Assembly (NCBI GenBank): GCA_014804445.1
Contig: JAAUZU010000032.1
Span: forward strand, 9,540 to 73,539
DNA from: Lachnospiraceae bacterium
Lineage (GTDB): Bacteria > Bacillota > Clostridia > Lachnospirales > Lachnospiraceae
Direction of reading: 5' to 3'
DNA length: 64,000 nucleotides
Each line of letters opens with the position of its first letter. Position 1 is the stretch's first letter. Position numbers and translations under genes: made by a program. The notes under the pieces were generated by a model. The model was not told the DNA's origin. It worked only from the letters and a program-made list of their open reading frames with translations, and did not search any database. Shown here piece after piece: positions 30,122 through 39,664 of the stretch.

Positions 30122-32605
30122 TTATAATTCTTTATAGGGTACTGTGTAATTGTCTTTTATATCTACTGCTCGCAACTTATATGTTATTAATAACTCTTTA
30201 ATCTTTCCAATATTTTTAAAGTTCCCTTCTTGACATAGCGCCACCGCAAAATATTTAATATTATTAACCATATTTTCTACACTCTTTTGTGTCATAATTC
30301 GCGTTCCCTGGCGTGGAGAACATGCTTGTTCAAATTTATTACTATTATGAATCAATATGGGCACACATTCTGTACCCCTATCCTTATATAAATTCTGAAA
30401 CCAGTTATAAGAACCATTTAATTGATTACAGTCACGTTTACTTATTGTTTCTGTCACCGCTTCATTTTTACATTCTATAACCAAATATCTTCCCTCTCCC
30501 ATAATCACAAAATCATCAGGTCCTTTTCCACATTCTCTTTCTGGTTGATATGCGTAGAAACCCAACAAACAAAAAATATCTGCTATTGCTTTTTCAAATT
30601 TTTTTGCAGTTTCTTGCTCAAACTTTAAATCATCTAATATAGAATTAACATGCAATATATAGTTGCTTGTGTCTAGCTTTTCTCTGGAAATATACTCTAT
30701 AATCTCTCTTGCCTGTTCCTTTATATCTTCGGGCTGTCTATCAAACTGCATTCCTTCTATTGGATTCAACACCTTTCGATTATCTCGTTTAGCTGATTGC
30801 AACATCTTTTGTGCTTCACTTTTGTCTCTAAAATTTTTGTACTCTGCGCACAATTGCTTATAATATCCTTTGGTTCTATTATCCGTAAGCTTACCCGAAG
30901 CAAAATTAATAATATCTGCCGCTTTTTCATAATCTCTAATTTCAGCATAATTATAAGCCTCTCTCATTGCAATTACAATATCGCTAACATTAGCATATTT
31001 TACATATTCAACATTGGATGTAACACTTTTGCAAATTCTTATCCACTCTTCTTTTCTCTTTAATAAATAATCTCCTACCTCCATTATTTCGTTTAATGAT
31101 TTACCATCTATTTGTTCGCACATTTTTTCAGATAACTTAAACTGTTCCTTCGTCGCTGCACTAAACAATTCGTATCCATCATCTGTATATAACATATCCG
31201 TCAGTTGGTTTCCCAACAGAAAAATCAAACAATAGTCCGAATTAGAACGCACTCCCCTTCCCATTCCCTGTTCAATTCTTTGTATTTGCTCTCGCTGTAT
31301 TCTGCTGCTCTTTTCTACAACTTCCTGCTCATATTTATCATTCATGTTAGCTATATTAGGTAGCCCATCAATCACTAATATTCTACAGGCATTGTCTGGG
31401 AGATCAATCCCATCATAACGATTTACAATGATATATAAACCATTGCTACCATTTTTAATTTTATTTACACCTTCAGATATATTGCTAGATGCTAAAACCT
31501 CTCCTCCATATTGCTCCCATTGTCTTGCTAATGCATATGAAGGAACTAATACAACTACATTATATTCTTTTGCTTTTTCTGCAATTGCATATTTTATTTC
31601 CGTATCATCTAATTCTTGATTAATGGCTTTAGGCACTAATATTAACCTTTCGCCAATATCATTTGCCTTGTCTGGCGTAATAATAGAATTTTGATTTTTA
31701 AAATTTACTCCCAGCACTGTAGCAAATGGACTATCATCTGGTAAAGTTGCACTCATATAAATCCGTCGCTTTGCATTCTCAAAACTAGTAATTTTATGTA
31801 TGGGTGTACAATGCGGAATAATGCTAATTTCTTTTGCAGATATATAACAATGTGATAGCACTAAATTATCTTTAACCAAATCAATTTTAAACTTTATAAA
31901 TTCTTTTTCTCTATTTTCTACTAATATGTTATGTAGTTCTTTTTGTTTATTTTGCCACTCCCAAAAAGGTACCAACATGTTATCATACGAAATACCTTCT
32001 TTAATCTCTTCAAGTCTTCCTACCGATTGCTCTTCCAAAGATGCTTGAAATAAATTTATTATCTTATTATATAAATCAACATCATCCCGTGATATTTTTA
32101 TTGAAAATTGTTTTTGAATAATGTTAATACAAGCATGCAAATCATCAATCACTAAACTTCCTATTTCATAATTATTATGTTCGCGCATACCAAACACACT
32201 TTTCCCGTTAACTAATTTTTGGATATTAACTACTAAAATTGCCTTTTTTCTCTTATAATCCAAACCTTCCTCTGAGCTAGTAGTTTTTATCCCTAACATA
32301 TCAGCTTGTTTCATTACTTGCTCAACCAAATAGTTATCTGGTACTACATATAAAGCAGGACCAACTCCCTCATTTAAACAACTCTGCAAAATCATTAATG
32401 CAACAACTGTTTTTCCACTTCCTGTATTCATCTTAATCAAATTATCAGTATTATTACGCAGCTCATACCATTGTTTCCAAACTTCTCCTTGCACATCTCT
32501 CGGGTATTGAAACTCCTTTGCTTTTTGAGTTAAACTCATGAAAATAGCTCTTGGTTCTATTGGTTTTTGTAATGAATCTACTCCTAATTGTGAAAAGTCA
32601 ATCAT
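30122..32605 (-). CDS. SF2 helicase with C-terminal PD-(D/E)XK nuclease, Hna-like anti-phage protein
   Basis: MNTGSGKT, DDLH, MSAT, RYDGIDLP, EQGMGRGVR; GPDD..IECK; visibly AT-rich. Confidence 0.78.
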   Translation of the reverse strand: MIDFSQLGVDSLQKPIEPRAIFMSLTQKAKEFQYPRDVQGEVWKQWYELRNNTDNLIKMNTGSGKTVVALMILQSCLNEGVGPALYVVPDNYLVEQVMKQADMLGIKTTSSEEGLDYKRKKAILVVNIQKLVNGKSVFGMREHNNYEIGSLVIDDLHACINIIQKQFSIKISRDDVDLYNKIINLFQASLEEQSVGRLEEIKEGISYDNMLVPFWEWQNKQKELHNILVENREKEFIKFKIDLVKDNLVLSHCYISAKEISIIPHCTPIHKITSFENAKRRIYMSATLPDDSPFATVLGVNFKNQNSIITPDKANDIGERLILVPKAINQELDDTEIKYAIAEKAKEYNVVVLVPSYALARQWEQYGGEVLASSNISEGVNKIKNGSNGLYIIVNRYDGIDLPDNACRILVIDGLPNIANMNDKYEQEVVEKSSRIQREQIQRIEQGMGRGVRSNSDYCLIFLLGNQLTDMLYTDDGYELFSAATKEQFKLSEKMCEQIDGKSLNEIMEVGDYLLKRKEEWIRICKSVTSNVEYVKYANVSDIVIAMREAYNYAEIRDYEKAADIINFASGKLTDNRTKGYYKQLCAEYKNFRDKSEAQKMLQSAKRDNRKVLNPIEGMQFDRQPEDIKEQAREIIEYISREKLDTSNYILHVNSILDDLKFEQETAKKFEKAIADIFCLLGFYAYQPERECGKGPDDFVIMGEGRYLVIECKNEAVTETISKRDCNQLNGSYNWFQNLYKDRGTECVPILIHNSNKFEQACSPRQGTRIMTQKSVENMVNNIKYFAVALCQEGNFKNIGKIKELLITYKLRAVDIKDNYTVPYKEL

Positions 32606-32668
32606 ATTTTTTCCTCCTTCTAAAAACCAAATTTTATAATATTATTTGTTTTTCAAATTAAACCTTTT

Positions 32669-35600
32669 TTAATACCCCCGCACCCCCTTAAAATACCGTA
32701 TCAATATTTCCTTAATATAATTATACCGCCTCGCATACGTATTCTCGATGCGTATCAGTTCAAACCCATGCTCGCGGCATATTTCGGCTTTCTTTCTATC
32801 GCGCTCAATTACAACGCTGTCCTCTGCGTGCTCCCGGCCGTCCAGTTCGATGGCGAGGATGGGGATTTCATTTTTGTGGTAGTCGCGCTCGTAGACTACA
32901 AAATCGAAACGTCCCGTGTAGAACAAATCGTTGTAGCGGGTGTTGTTGTTAAATACATGGGCGATGCTGACTTCTTTCTGTACAACGCACTTTTTGTTGG
33001 TGTTGAGGACATTGTCAAGCGCGTGGTTCAGGTTGGTCAGGAAAGCGGCTTCCGTTTCTGTGCTGTAAGGCTTGATGCCGAGGGCTCGCGAAGCGTTTAC
33101 CTGCGGTGTGACCTGAGAAGTGCCGTTGCTTTGTACATACTGCACCAGTTCATAGAGGTCGTCTCTCTCGTCCGTGTGCAGCCGCTCCAGTTCCTTTTTA
33201 CTGGAAAAAATAATAAGCTGATTTTTAGCGCGGGAGGTCGCCACGTTGATAAGCTCTTTGTTGTTCTTCAGCCAGCCATAGGTGCCCGTTCCCGTCTTGT
33301 CGGTGAGCGCCAGTGAAAAGAGAATCACGTCCTTTTCATCACCTTGAAAAGCGTGCACCGTACCGCAGGACACATTGCCGATTTCATTCTTTTTCAGCAT
33401 ATCATTGATGTAATCCTTCTGGTTGACGAAGGGCGTGATAACGCCGATGCGCTTGTCCGCGTTCTGCACGGCAAACCGCAGAATTTCCTCCGCCTCTCTG
33501 GGCGCAGTATTCCTGTAGTAAGTGCTGTCGTCCGGAATATCCGTGAAAATAAGCGGCTGCGGTTCTTCATTTTGGCTTTTTATCACCAGCTTATTGTTGT
33601 AATATTTTCGGTTGTTAAACTCTATAATCTTTCTGTGGCAGCGATAATGATGGCTCAGCAGAATTTCCCCACTCACCGCGTCGCACGCCAGATAGGTTTT
33701 GTAAATGGAATTTTGAACATAGTCATACTCTTCCGTCACACCGTACTGCTTGCGCAGCTTTGCATTGTCCGCAGCGTCCAGCAGGATAACCGGACTGAGC
33801 TGCTGCGGGTCGCCCACCAGCATAAGGTTTCTGCCGCGGATAATCGGCACCAGAGAAACCGCAATATTTCCCTGACTTGCCTCGTCCATAATCACCATGT
33901 CAAAATAGGTCTCCGGCTGTCCGATTTTGTGCGCGGAAATAGATGTGGTCGCCACGATGGGGAATATCCTCTGAAACTTCTTTACATTCTCCGGCTTCTT
34001 CAGATAATCATTAAATGCCTTCACTCGGGCTTCCTTACTGTCGCTGTCCTGCGCTTCCATGCAGATAATTTTCAGCAAATCCTCATTTTTCGGTTCCTTC
34101 AGACGCTGTATGTATTTTGCCGAGGTATAATACAAATACTGCTTAAATTCCTCCTCGTCCTCCAGCACCAGCTTCAGCGCTTCCTCATCCGTAATTTCCC
34201 CGATTTGCGCCAGTTTTTCATTCACTTCTGCGAGCTGTACACCCTGCAGGGAGGTCTGGAAGGTGAGATGCCTGTTGGTTCTCATCAGCTTTTCAATGGC
34301 TTCCTTCTTTTCCAAAAGCTCCAGTTTCTCCTCATGGCGGCGCAACAGCTCTGTCAGTTTTTTGGTTCTGACAGACCTATCATCTTTATTGCGTTTTAAG
34401 GTGCTGTCAAAGATATTGAGCTTTTTTGTCCTTTCATACAGCGCCTTCATATAGTCCAGCGCTTCCGCGACTTTCTCGTCGCTGCCCAGCCGGATAATGG
34501 GAAACGCCACGTTTTCCCTGCCCCGGTAAGGAATCTTGCTGAGCGTAGCAAACACACCGTCTATTGGGTGGTTGTTGTAAGATGCAAACAACACGGTTTT
34601 TTCATTGAAAAAGGCTGTCATAATAGTATTGACAATAGTGTTGGTTTTTCCGGTGCCGGGCGGTCCCTGTATATAGGCAAGCGGGTATTTTATGGCGTTA
34701 TGAATTGCCAGAAGCTGATCCAGATTGATTTTTTTATTCAGCAAAACGGTGGGATAATCCTTCGTCCGAATAACAGGCTTCAGCAGATTTCCGAAAAATG
34801 CATGTATCGGGATACTTACTTTATCCTCATCATACATCTTGTGAATTGCCTCGTATTCATGGTGTAAATCCAGCAGCATATCCCTTCCAATGGCAATCAT
34901 GTACGGCATATCGTCCACACCGCTTATCTGCCGGTTGCTTTGGGTGATTTTGTCCTTGATTTTTTCTGCATTTTCCTCGAAATGCTCTAACAGCGCATAG
35001 TCCTCCGCATCCAGAAACCGCCGAATGCTCTGCTTGTTTCCGTTTATGGTAAACTCGGTGTTAATGCTGATTTCTTCCTCCTGCCGGAGTGTCCTGTGCT
35101 TCACGTCCAGCCTGAGCTGGCGGTATGCCAGCACATACAAGCCCTGTCTGGTGTGAACGCTCATCACATTGAGCGCCAACTGTTTGATTCTTGTGCTGAA
35201 TACTTTTTTTGCCCCATACTGGAAATTGGTTACAATTTCCTTAAACTGCTCCGGACTCAAATCGTATTTTCCCGCCCGCACACAGTCCCCGTCAAACTTG
35301 CTTATCAGCGCATACTCCGTCTGATAGGGCGTAGTGTCCAGCTTGTTGCAGTCCACAAGATAATTGAGTATTTTCAAATTTGCAGCATGGTGAAACAAGG
35401 ATTGGTATTTGATGGGATTTTGCTGAATATCGTTTTTCAGTCTGATATCCGTTTTGAAGTAAGAGCCGTCGATGACGGACGACGACAAGATGGAATCAAC
35501 GTAGATTTTTAACTCCTGCGTGGTATATTTGGACAGATGAAGTCCTTCCACCTTCATGGACTTTTCGATGGGATTAATGCTGATAATTCCTACCCAGTAT

Positions 35601-35692
35601 TTTGTGATTTCCTCTTTTCCGTTCTTATATTCAATGCTGAGCCATTTTTCCTCATAGACCGCCCTGAATATATCGCGACAGATTGTATTCAT
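32669..35692 (-). CDS. SF1 (Upf1/DNA2-like) helicase with WYL-like N-terminus and DUF2726-like nuclease C-terminus
   Basis: QGPPGTGKT, MDEASQ, VGDPQQL, HYRC, TVHAFQGDEKD, NVATSRAK; FDFVVY..AIELDGREH..RDRKK. Confidence 0.82.
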   Translation of the reverse strand: MNTICRDIFRAVYEEKWLSIEYKNGKEEITKYWVGIISINPIEKSMKVEGLHLSKYTTQELKIYVDSILSSSVIDGSYFKTDIRLKNDIQQNPIKYQSLFHHAANLKILNYLVDCNKLDTTPYQTEYALISKFDGDCVRAGKYDLSPEQFKEIVTNFQYGAKKVFSTRIKQLALNVMSVHTRQGLYVLAYRQLRLDVKHRTLRQEEEISINTEFTINGNKQSIRRFLDAEDYALLEHFEENAEKIKDKITQSNRQISGVDDMPYMIAIGRDMLLDLHHEYEAIHKMYDEDKVSIPIHAFFGNLLKPVIRTKDYPTVLLNKKINLDQLLAIHNAIKYPLAYIQGPPGTGKTNTIVNTIMTAFFNEKTVLFASYNNHPIDGVFATLSKIPYRGRENVAFPIIRLGSDEKVAEALDYMKALYERTKKLNIFDSTLKRNKDDRSVRTKKLTELLRRHEEKLELLEKKEAIEKLMRTNRHLTFQTSLQGVQLAEVNEKLAQIGEITDEEALKLVLEDEEEFKQYLYYTSAKYIQRLKEPKNEDLLKIICMEAQDSDSKEARVKAFNDYLKKPENVKKFQRIFPIVATTSISAHKIGQPETYFDMVIMDEASQGNIAVSLVPIIRGRNLMLVGDPQQLSPVILLDAADNAKLRKQYGVTEEYDYVQNSIYKTYLACDAVSGEILLSHHYRCHRKIIEFNNRKYYNNKLVIKSQNEEPQPLIFTDIPDDSTYYRNTAPREAEEILRFAVQNADKRIGVITPFVNQKDYINDMLKKNEIGNVSCGTVHAFQGDEKDVILFSLALTDKTGTGTYGWLKNNKELINVATSRAKNQLIIFSSKKELERLHTDERDDLYELVQYVQSNGTSQVTPQVNASRALGIKPYSTETEAAFLTNLNHALDNVLNTNKKCVVQKEVSIAHVFNNNTRYNDLFYTGRFDFVVYERDYHKNEIPILAIELDGREHAEDSVVIERDRKKAEICREHGFELIRIENTYARRYNYIKEILIRYFKGVRGY

Positions 35693-35745
35693 ATGCTTTT
35701 CTTCCACCCTTATACCCTGCGTACTGCAATTCCATAAGCAAACAA

Positions 35746-36261
35746 TTAAAAATCTATATCCATTGGATAAGAATCTTCAATCAGAAGATAATCCGCACCG
35801 TATAGCCGGCACATTTGCAATGTCTTTGCGTTATCATACAGCAAAGTTTCCATTGTACAGTCCGAATCATCAAGCCGTTCTTCTATCGTACTTGCATACT
35901 TCTTAATATCATGAAAGTGATTTTGTATGTACGACTCGCTCATAACCAGACAGCGGTATTTGATATAGGGAAGATACTCCTCCTCAAAGCTTTTTTCCCA
36001 GTCAAATGGAATATAACAGCCTTCCACTATCAGATTCTGTTTGTTCTCAATCGCTGTTTTAATCATTTCCCTCACAATCGGCCACAGATAATCTGTCAGC
36101 GCCTTCTCGTCACTTAACGGTGTAAGCGTTGTGCTGTTGCTCCGTATCAGTCCCATTTTCAAATGGTCAATGGAAAGATAGGGATATTTATATTTTTCGA
36201 GAAGCTTTTGCGCAAAAGCTGTTTTTCCTGTATGTGATGCGCCCGCTATTAATAGTATCAT
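35746..36261 (-). CDS. P-loop kinase (adenylate/2-phosphoglycerate kinase-like)
   Basis: ILLIAGASHTGKT, SIDHLK, IVEG. Confidence 0.75.
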   Translation of the reverse strand: MILLIAGASHTGKTAFAQKLLEKYKYPYLSIDHLKMGLIRSNSTTLTPLSDEKALTDYLWPIVREMIKTAIENKQNLIVEGCYIPFDWEKSFEEEYLPYIKYRCLVMSESYIQNHFHDIKKYASTIEERLDDSDCTMETLLYDNAKTLQMCRLYGADYLLIEDSYPMDIDF

Positions 36262-36381
36262 GTTAATCCTCCATGAAAAGTGACCTGATTTCATACTATC
36301 ATCTATAAAGAATCGTGTCAAATCCGGTGTGGGAAACGTTTTCATCACCATTTCCTAAAATTCTTTTTTCTGTTATACTAT

Positions 36382-36407
36382 AAACACGACACACAGATGT
36401 CATGTTT
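36382..36407. promoter_or_regulatory. Putative operator for the YafY/WYL regulator
   Basis: Inverted repeat AAACACGACA-N6-TGTCATGTTT between divergent genes. Confidence 0.5.
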
Positions 36408-36484
36408 CATATGATAATATCATTTTAACGGAAGCGTATGCAGGTGATACTATATCTATGCTTGCAATATGTGGAGGTAAAGTC

Positions 36485-37432
36485 ATGAAAATAGACAGAT
36501 TGATTGGCATTTTATCTGTTCTGCTGCAGAAGGATGTGGTTACGGCGCCCTATCTGGCGGAGCAGTTCGAGGTTTCCAGACGAACCATTAACCGCGATAT
36601 CGAGGATTTGTGCAAAGCAGGTATTCCCATCGTGACAAAGCAGGGCACAAGCGGCGGCATTTCCATTATGGAAAATTACAAAATAGAGCGCACCCTGCTC
36701 ACCAACACAGAAATGCTGGACATTCTTGCAGGGCTGCGGGGGCTTGACAGCATCAACGGAACCAACCGCTACGGGCAGCTTATGGAAAAATTGTCCGTCG
36801 GTTCCTCCGATTTTATGTCGGGCAGCCAGTCCGTGCTGATTGATTTATCCTCGTGGTACAAGGATTCTCTCGCTCCCAAAATTGAGTTGATTCGAAATGC
36901 CATAGACAATGGGCGGGAGCTTTCCTTTTTCTACTATTCGCCGACGGGAGAAAGCGAAAGAAACATCGAGCCGTATTATTTAATTTTCCACTGGTCAAGC
37001 TGGTATGTGTGGGGCTGGTGCAAAAAGCGCAGGGATTTCCGCCTGTTTAAGTTAAACCGCATGGACGGGCTGCAAATATCGGAAACCTCTTTTCCGAAAA
37101 GACCGATGCCGCTGCCTGATTTAAAAGACGAGCAGATTTTTCCCGGCAATATCCGTGTAAAGGCACTCTTCGATGCCTCATGCAAATGGCGTCTGGTCGA
37201 GGAATTCGGCACAGGCTGCTTTACGGAACTTCCTGACGGCAGACTGCTGTTTCACGCCGATTACACAAACAAGGAAAACCTCATCACATGGCTTTTAACC
37301 TTCCGCGAGCAAGCAGAGCTTTTGGAACCGGTGGAACTTCGGGAAGAACTGCTCACAGCATTGAGAAAGACTCTGAAACAGTATGAAACCCACACACGAA
37401 AGGAGATTGAAGATGAAATACCCATGGATTGA
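36485..37432 (+). CDS. YafY-family HTH-WYL transcriptional regulator
   Basis: LAEQFEVSRRTINRDI HTH; RNIEPY..WYVWG..RLFKLNRM. Confidence 0.92.
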   Translation: MKIDRLIGILSVLLQKDVVTAPYLAEQFEVSRRTINRDIEDLCKAGIPIVTKQGTSGGISIMENYKIERTLLTNTEMLDILAGLRGLDSINGTNRYGQLMEKLSVGSSDFMSGSQSVLIDLSSWYKDSLAPKIELIRNAIDNGRELSFFYYSPTGESERNIEPYYLIFHWSSWYVWGWCKKRRDFRLFKLNRMDGLQISETSFPKRPMPLPDLKDEQIFPGNIRVKALFDASCKWRLVEEFGTGCFTELPDGRLLFHADYTNKENLITWLLTFREQAELLEPVELREELLTALRKTLKQYETHTRKEIEDEIPMD

Positions 37433-38048
37433 CGAATATTTACTTGGCAAACGAAAGGTGACAAAGGATTTACAGGCTGACTGGAACTGGGTCCGCTACA
37501 AGATTGGCGGCAAAATGTTCGCCGCAATCTGTCTGGACTGGGATAACAAGCCCTACTACATTACACTAAAGGTAGATCCCGATGAAGGTGATTTTCTGAA
37601 ATCGCAGTATTCGGATATCGTCGCAGGCTACTATATGGACAAGACACATTACATCTCCGTAAAGCCCGACGGCGAAGTCCCCGACGAGCTGCTGATGGAC
37701 CTTTTAGATAAAGCATACAGGCTTATGCTGCAAACCTTCAGCAAAAAGCGGCAGCGGGAAATCCTCGGGCTAAGCGCCTGCGGAACGGAATGTGAATCTT
37801 GCAGCTTCTTGGGCTCTCTCTGCAATGGGTGCAATGCTTCTTCCGGAAAGGTTTTCCATGCGCCGGAAGGAAAGGCCTGCCCTATCTATAGCTGCTCCGT
37901 ACAAAAGCATAAGTTTGCAAACTGCGCCGCCTGCGAAAATGTTCCCTGTGCCGTTTGGAAAGCCACAAAAGACCCCTCCCTTTCCGAACAGGAATTTGAG
38001 GAGTCGATTCAGACACGGGTGAAAAATTTGAAGGGAGATTGCTCATAA
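37413..38048 (+). CDS. MmcQ/YjbR domain fused to Cys-rich DUF3795-like domain
   Basis: YKIGGKMFA, AGYYMDKTHY; ACGTECESC..CNGC..CPIYSC..CAACENVPC. Confidence 0.8.
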   Translation: MKYPWIDEYLLGKRKVTKDLQADWNWVRYKIGGKMFAAICLDWDNKPYYITLKVDPDEGDFLKSQYSDIVAGYYMDKTHYISVKPDGEVPDELLMDLLDKAYRLMLQTFSKKRQREILGLSACGTECESCSFLGSLCNGCNASSGKVFHAPEGKACPIYSCSVQKHKFANCAACENVPCAVWKATKDPSLSEQEFEESIQTRVKNLKGDCS

Positions 38049-38049
38049 T

Positions 38050-38676
38050 ATGGCTTTTGATTATAAAAAGGAATATAAGGAGTTTTATCTGCCGCCCAAA
38101 AAGCCGGGTATCATAGAGATACCGGAAATGCATTACATCGCCGTCAGGGGAAAGGGCGACCCCAACGAACCGGACGGGGAATACAAAGCGTCGATAGGGA
38201 TATTGTACGCCATCGCCTTCACCATTAAAATGAGCTACATGGGCAGCCACAAAATAGAAGGCTATTTTCCCTATGTCGTACCTCCGCTGGAAGGCTTGTG
38301 GTGGCAGAAAGACTGCAGCGGCATCGATTACGCACACAAAGAAAACTTTGAATGGATTTCCATGATTCGGCTGCCGGAATTTGTGACGGAAGAAGAGTTT
38401 GCATGGGCTGTCCGCGAAGCCACTGAAAAGAAACACAGCGATTTTTCCAAAGCATACTTTTTCACCTATCAGGAAGGACTTTGCGTACAGTGTATGCACA
38501 TCGGAAGCTATGACAGCGAGCCTGCCACCATCAGTCAAATGAACGCGTACTTATCCGAAAACAACTATTCCCTTGATTTTTCCGACACGCGCTTTCATCA
38601 CGAGATATATCTAAGCGACCCCCGTCGGGCAGCTCCCGAAAAGCTGCGGACAGTGATTCGCGAACCCATCAAATAA
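38050..38676 (+). CDS. GyrI-like small-molecule binding protein
   Basis: VVPPLEGLWW, CVQCMHIGSYD, HHEIYLSDPRR. Confidence 0.88.
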   Translation: MAFDYKKEYKEFYLPPKKPGIIEIPEMHYIAVRGKGDPNEPDGEYKASIGILYAIAFTIKMSYMGSHKIEGYFPYVVPPLEGLWWQKDCSGIDYAHKENFEWISMIRLPEFVTEEEFAWAVREATEKKHSDFSKAYFFTYQEGLCVQCMHIGSYDSEPATISQMNAYLSENNYSLDFSDTRFHHEIYLSDPRRAAPEKLRTVIREPIK

Positions 38677-38682
38677 AAAACG

Positions 38683-38724
38683 TGCCGTAAGATGCCTTTT
38701 TCCGGTTATCTTACGGCATTTTTT
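38683..38724 (+). terminator. Intrinsic terminator
   Basis: TGCCGTAAGAT...ATCTTACGGCA followed by T6. Confidence 0.75.
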
Positions 38725-38764
38725 GATTGCAAATCACTCTCCTAAAATATTTTTCATACAAGGC

Positions 38765-38795
38765 TTGCTTATGACGTAACGTAATGAGTTATAAT
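38765..38795 (+). promoter_or_regulatory. MerR-type promoter with 19-bp spacer and dyad
   Basis: TTGCTT-19 nt-TATAAT; spacer contains TGACGT-A-ACGTAA. Confidence 0.75.
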
Positions 38796-38827
38796 AAAAA
38801 CACAGAATTTTTTGAAACGGAGAAACT

Positions 38828-39616
38828 ATGGAAAAGCACAGAGCAATACCGGAAGGTTATATGACAGTGGGCGAGGCTGCTAAAAAAATGGGCGTTACGG
38901 TTCGCACCCTGCAATACTACGACAAGGAACATTTGCTGTGTCCATCCGCAGCCAGCGAAGGCGGACGCAGGCTTTACAGCGACAAGGATTTGATAAAGCT
39001 TCATCAGATTTTATCCTTAAAATCCCTCGGATTCTCTCTGGACGACATCAGGGAAAGGCTGATTCCCCTCGACAGTCCCGCAGATGTTGCCAAAGCGTTA
39101 TCCGAGCAGGCGGCTGGTATACAACAAAAAATAACATCTCTGTCAGAATCTTTAAAGGAAATTGAGGCCTTGAAAAATGAGGTTCTGCAAATGCAGCAGG
39201 TAGACTTTAAAAAATATGCTGACATTATCGTCAATCTTCAGATGAAAAATGAGTTTTACTTTTTAATCAAACATTTTGACGATAAAATGCTTGACCATAT
39301 CCACAATCAGTTTGACAAAGACAGCGCCTCGGCCTTTATAAAGCGGTTTTCGCTTGTGCTGGATGCATTTACAAAGTTACAGGATCAGAATTTTTTGCCC
39401 GACAGCGAAGAAAGCCTGGTTTTAGCAAAGGATTTCTGGGATATTGTGACGGAATTTACCGGCGGCGATATGAGTCTGCTGTCCCAGCTTTTGGAAATCG
39501 CAAAACCGGAAGAGGCAAATGAGGATTGGGCGGAAAAGCTTACCTTGATCCAGTCCTATATCCAGCCGGCTTTGGAGGCGTATTTTAAGAGGGCAGGCAC
39601 GAATCCATTTGCCTGA
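38828..39616 (+). CDS. MerR-family regulator
   Basis: MTVGEAAKKMGVTVRTLQYYD, GRRLYS. Confidence 0.92.
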   Translation: MEKHRAIPEGYMTVGEAAKKMGVTVRTLQYYDKEHLLCPSAASEGGRRLYSDKDLIKLHQILSLKSLGFSLDDIRERLIPLDSPADVAKALSEQAAGIQQKITSLSESLKEIEALKNEVLQMQQVDFKKYADIIVNLQMKNEFYFLIKHFDDKMLDHIHNQFDKDSASAFIKRFSLVLDAFTKLQDQNFLPDSEESLVLAKDFWDIVTEFTGGDMSLLSQLLEIAKPEEANEDWAEKLTLIQSYIQPALEAYFKRAGTNPFA

Positions 39617-39664
39617 ACCCGTCTGCCGAACCCGTTTCAAATGTGCACAGAAGGGAGACTTAAC

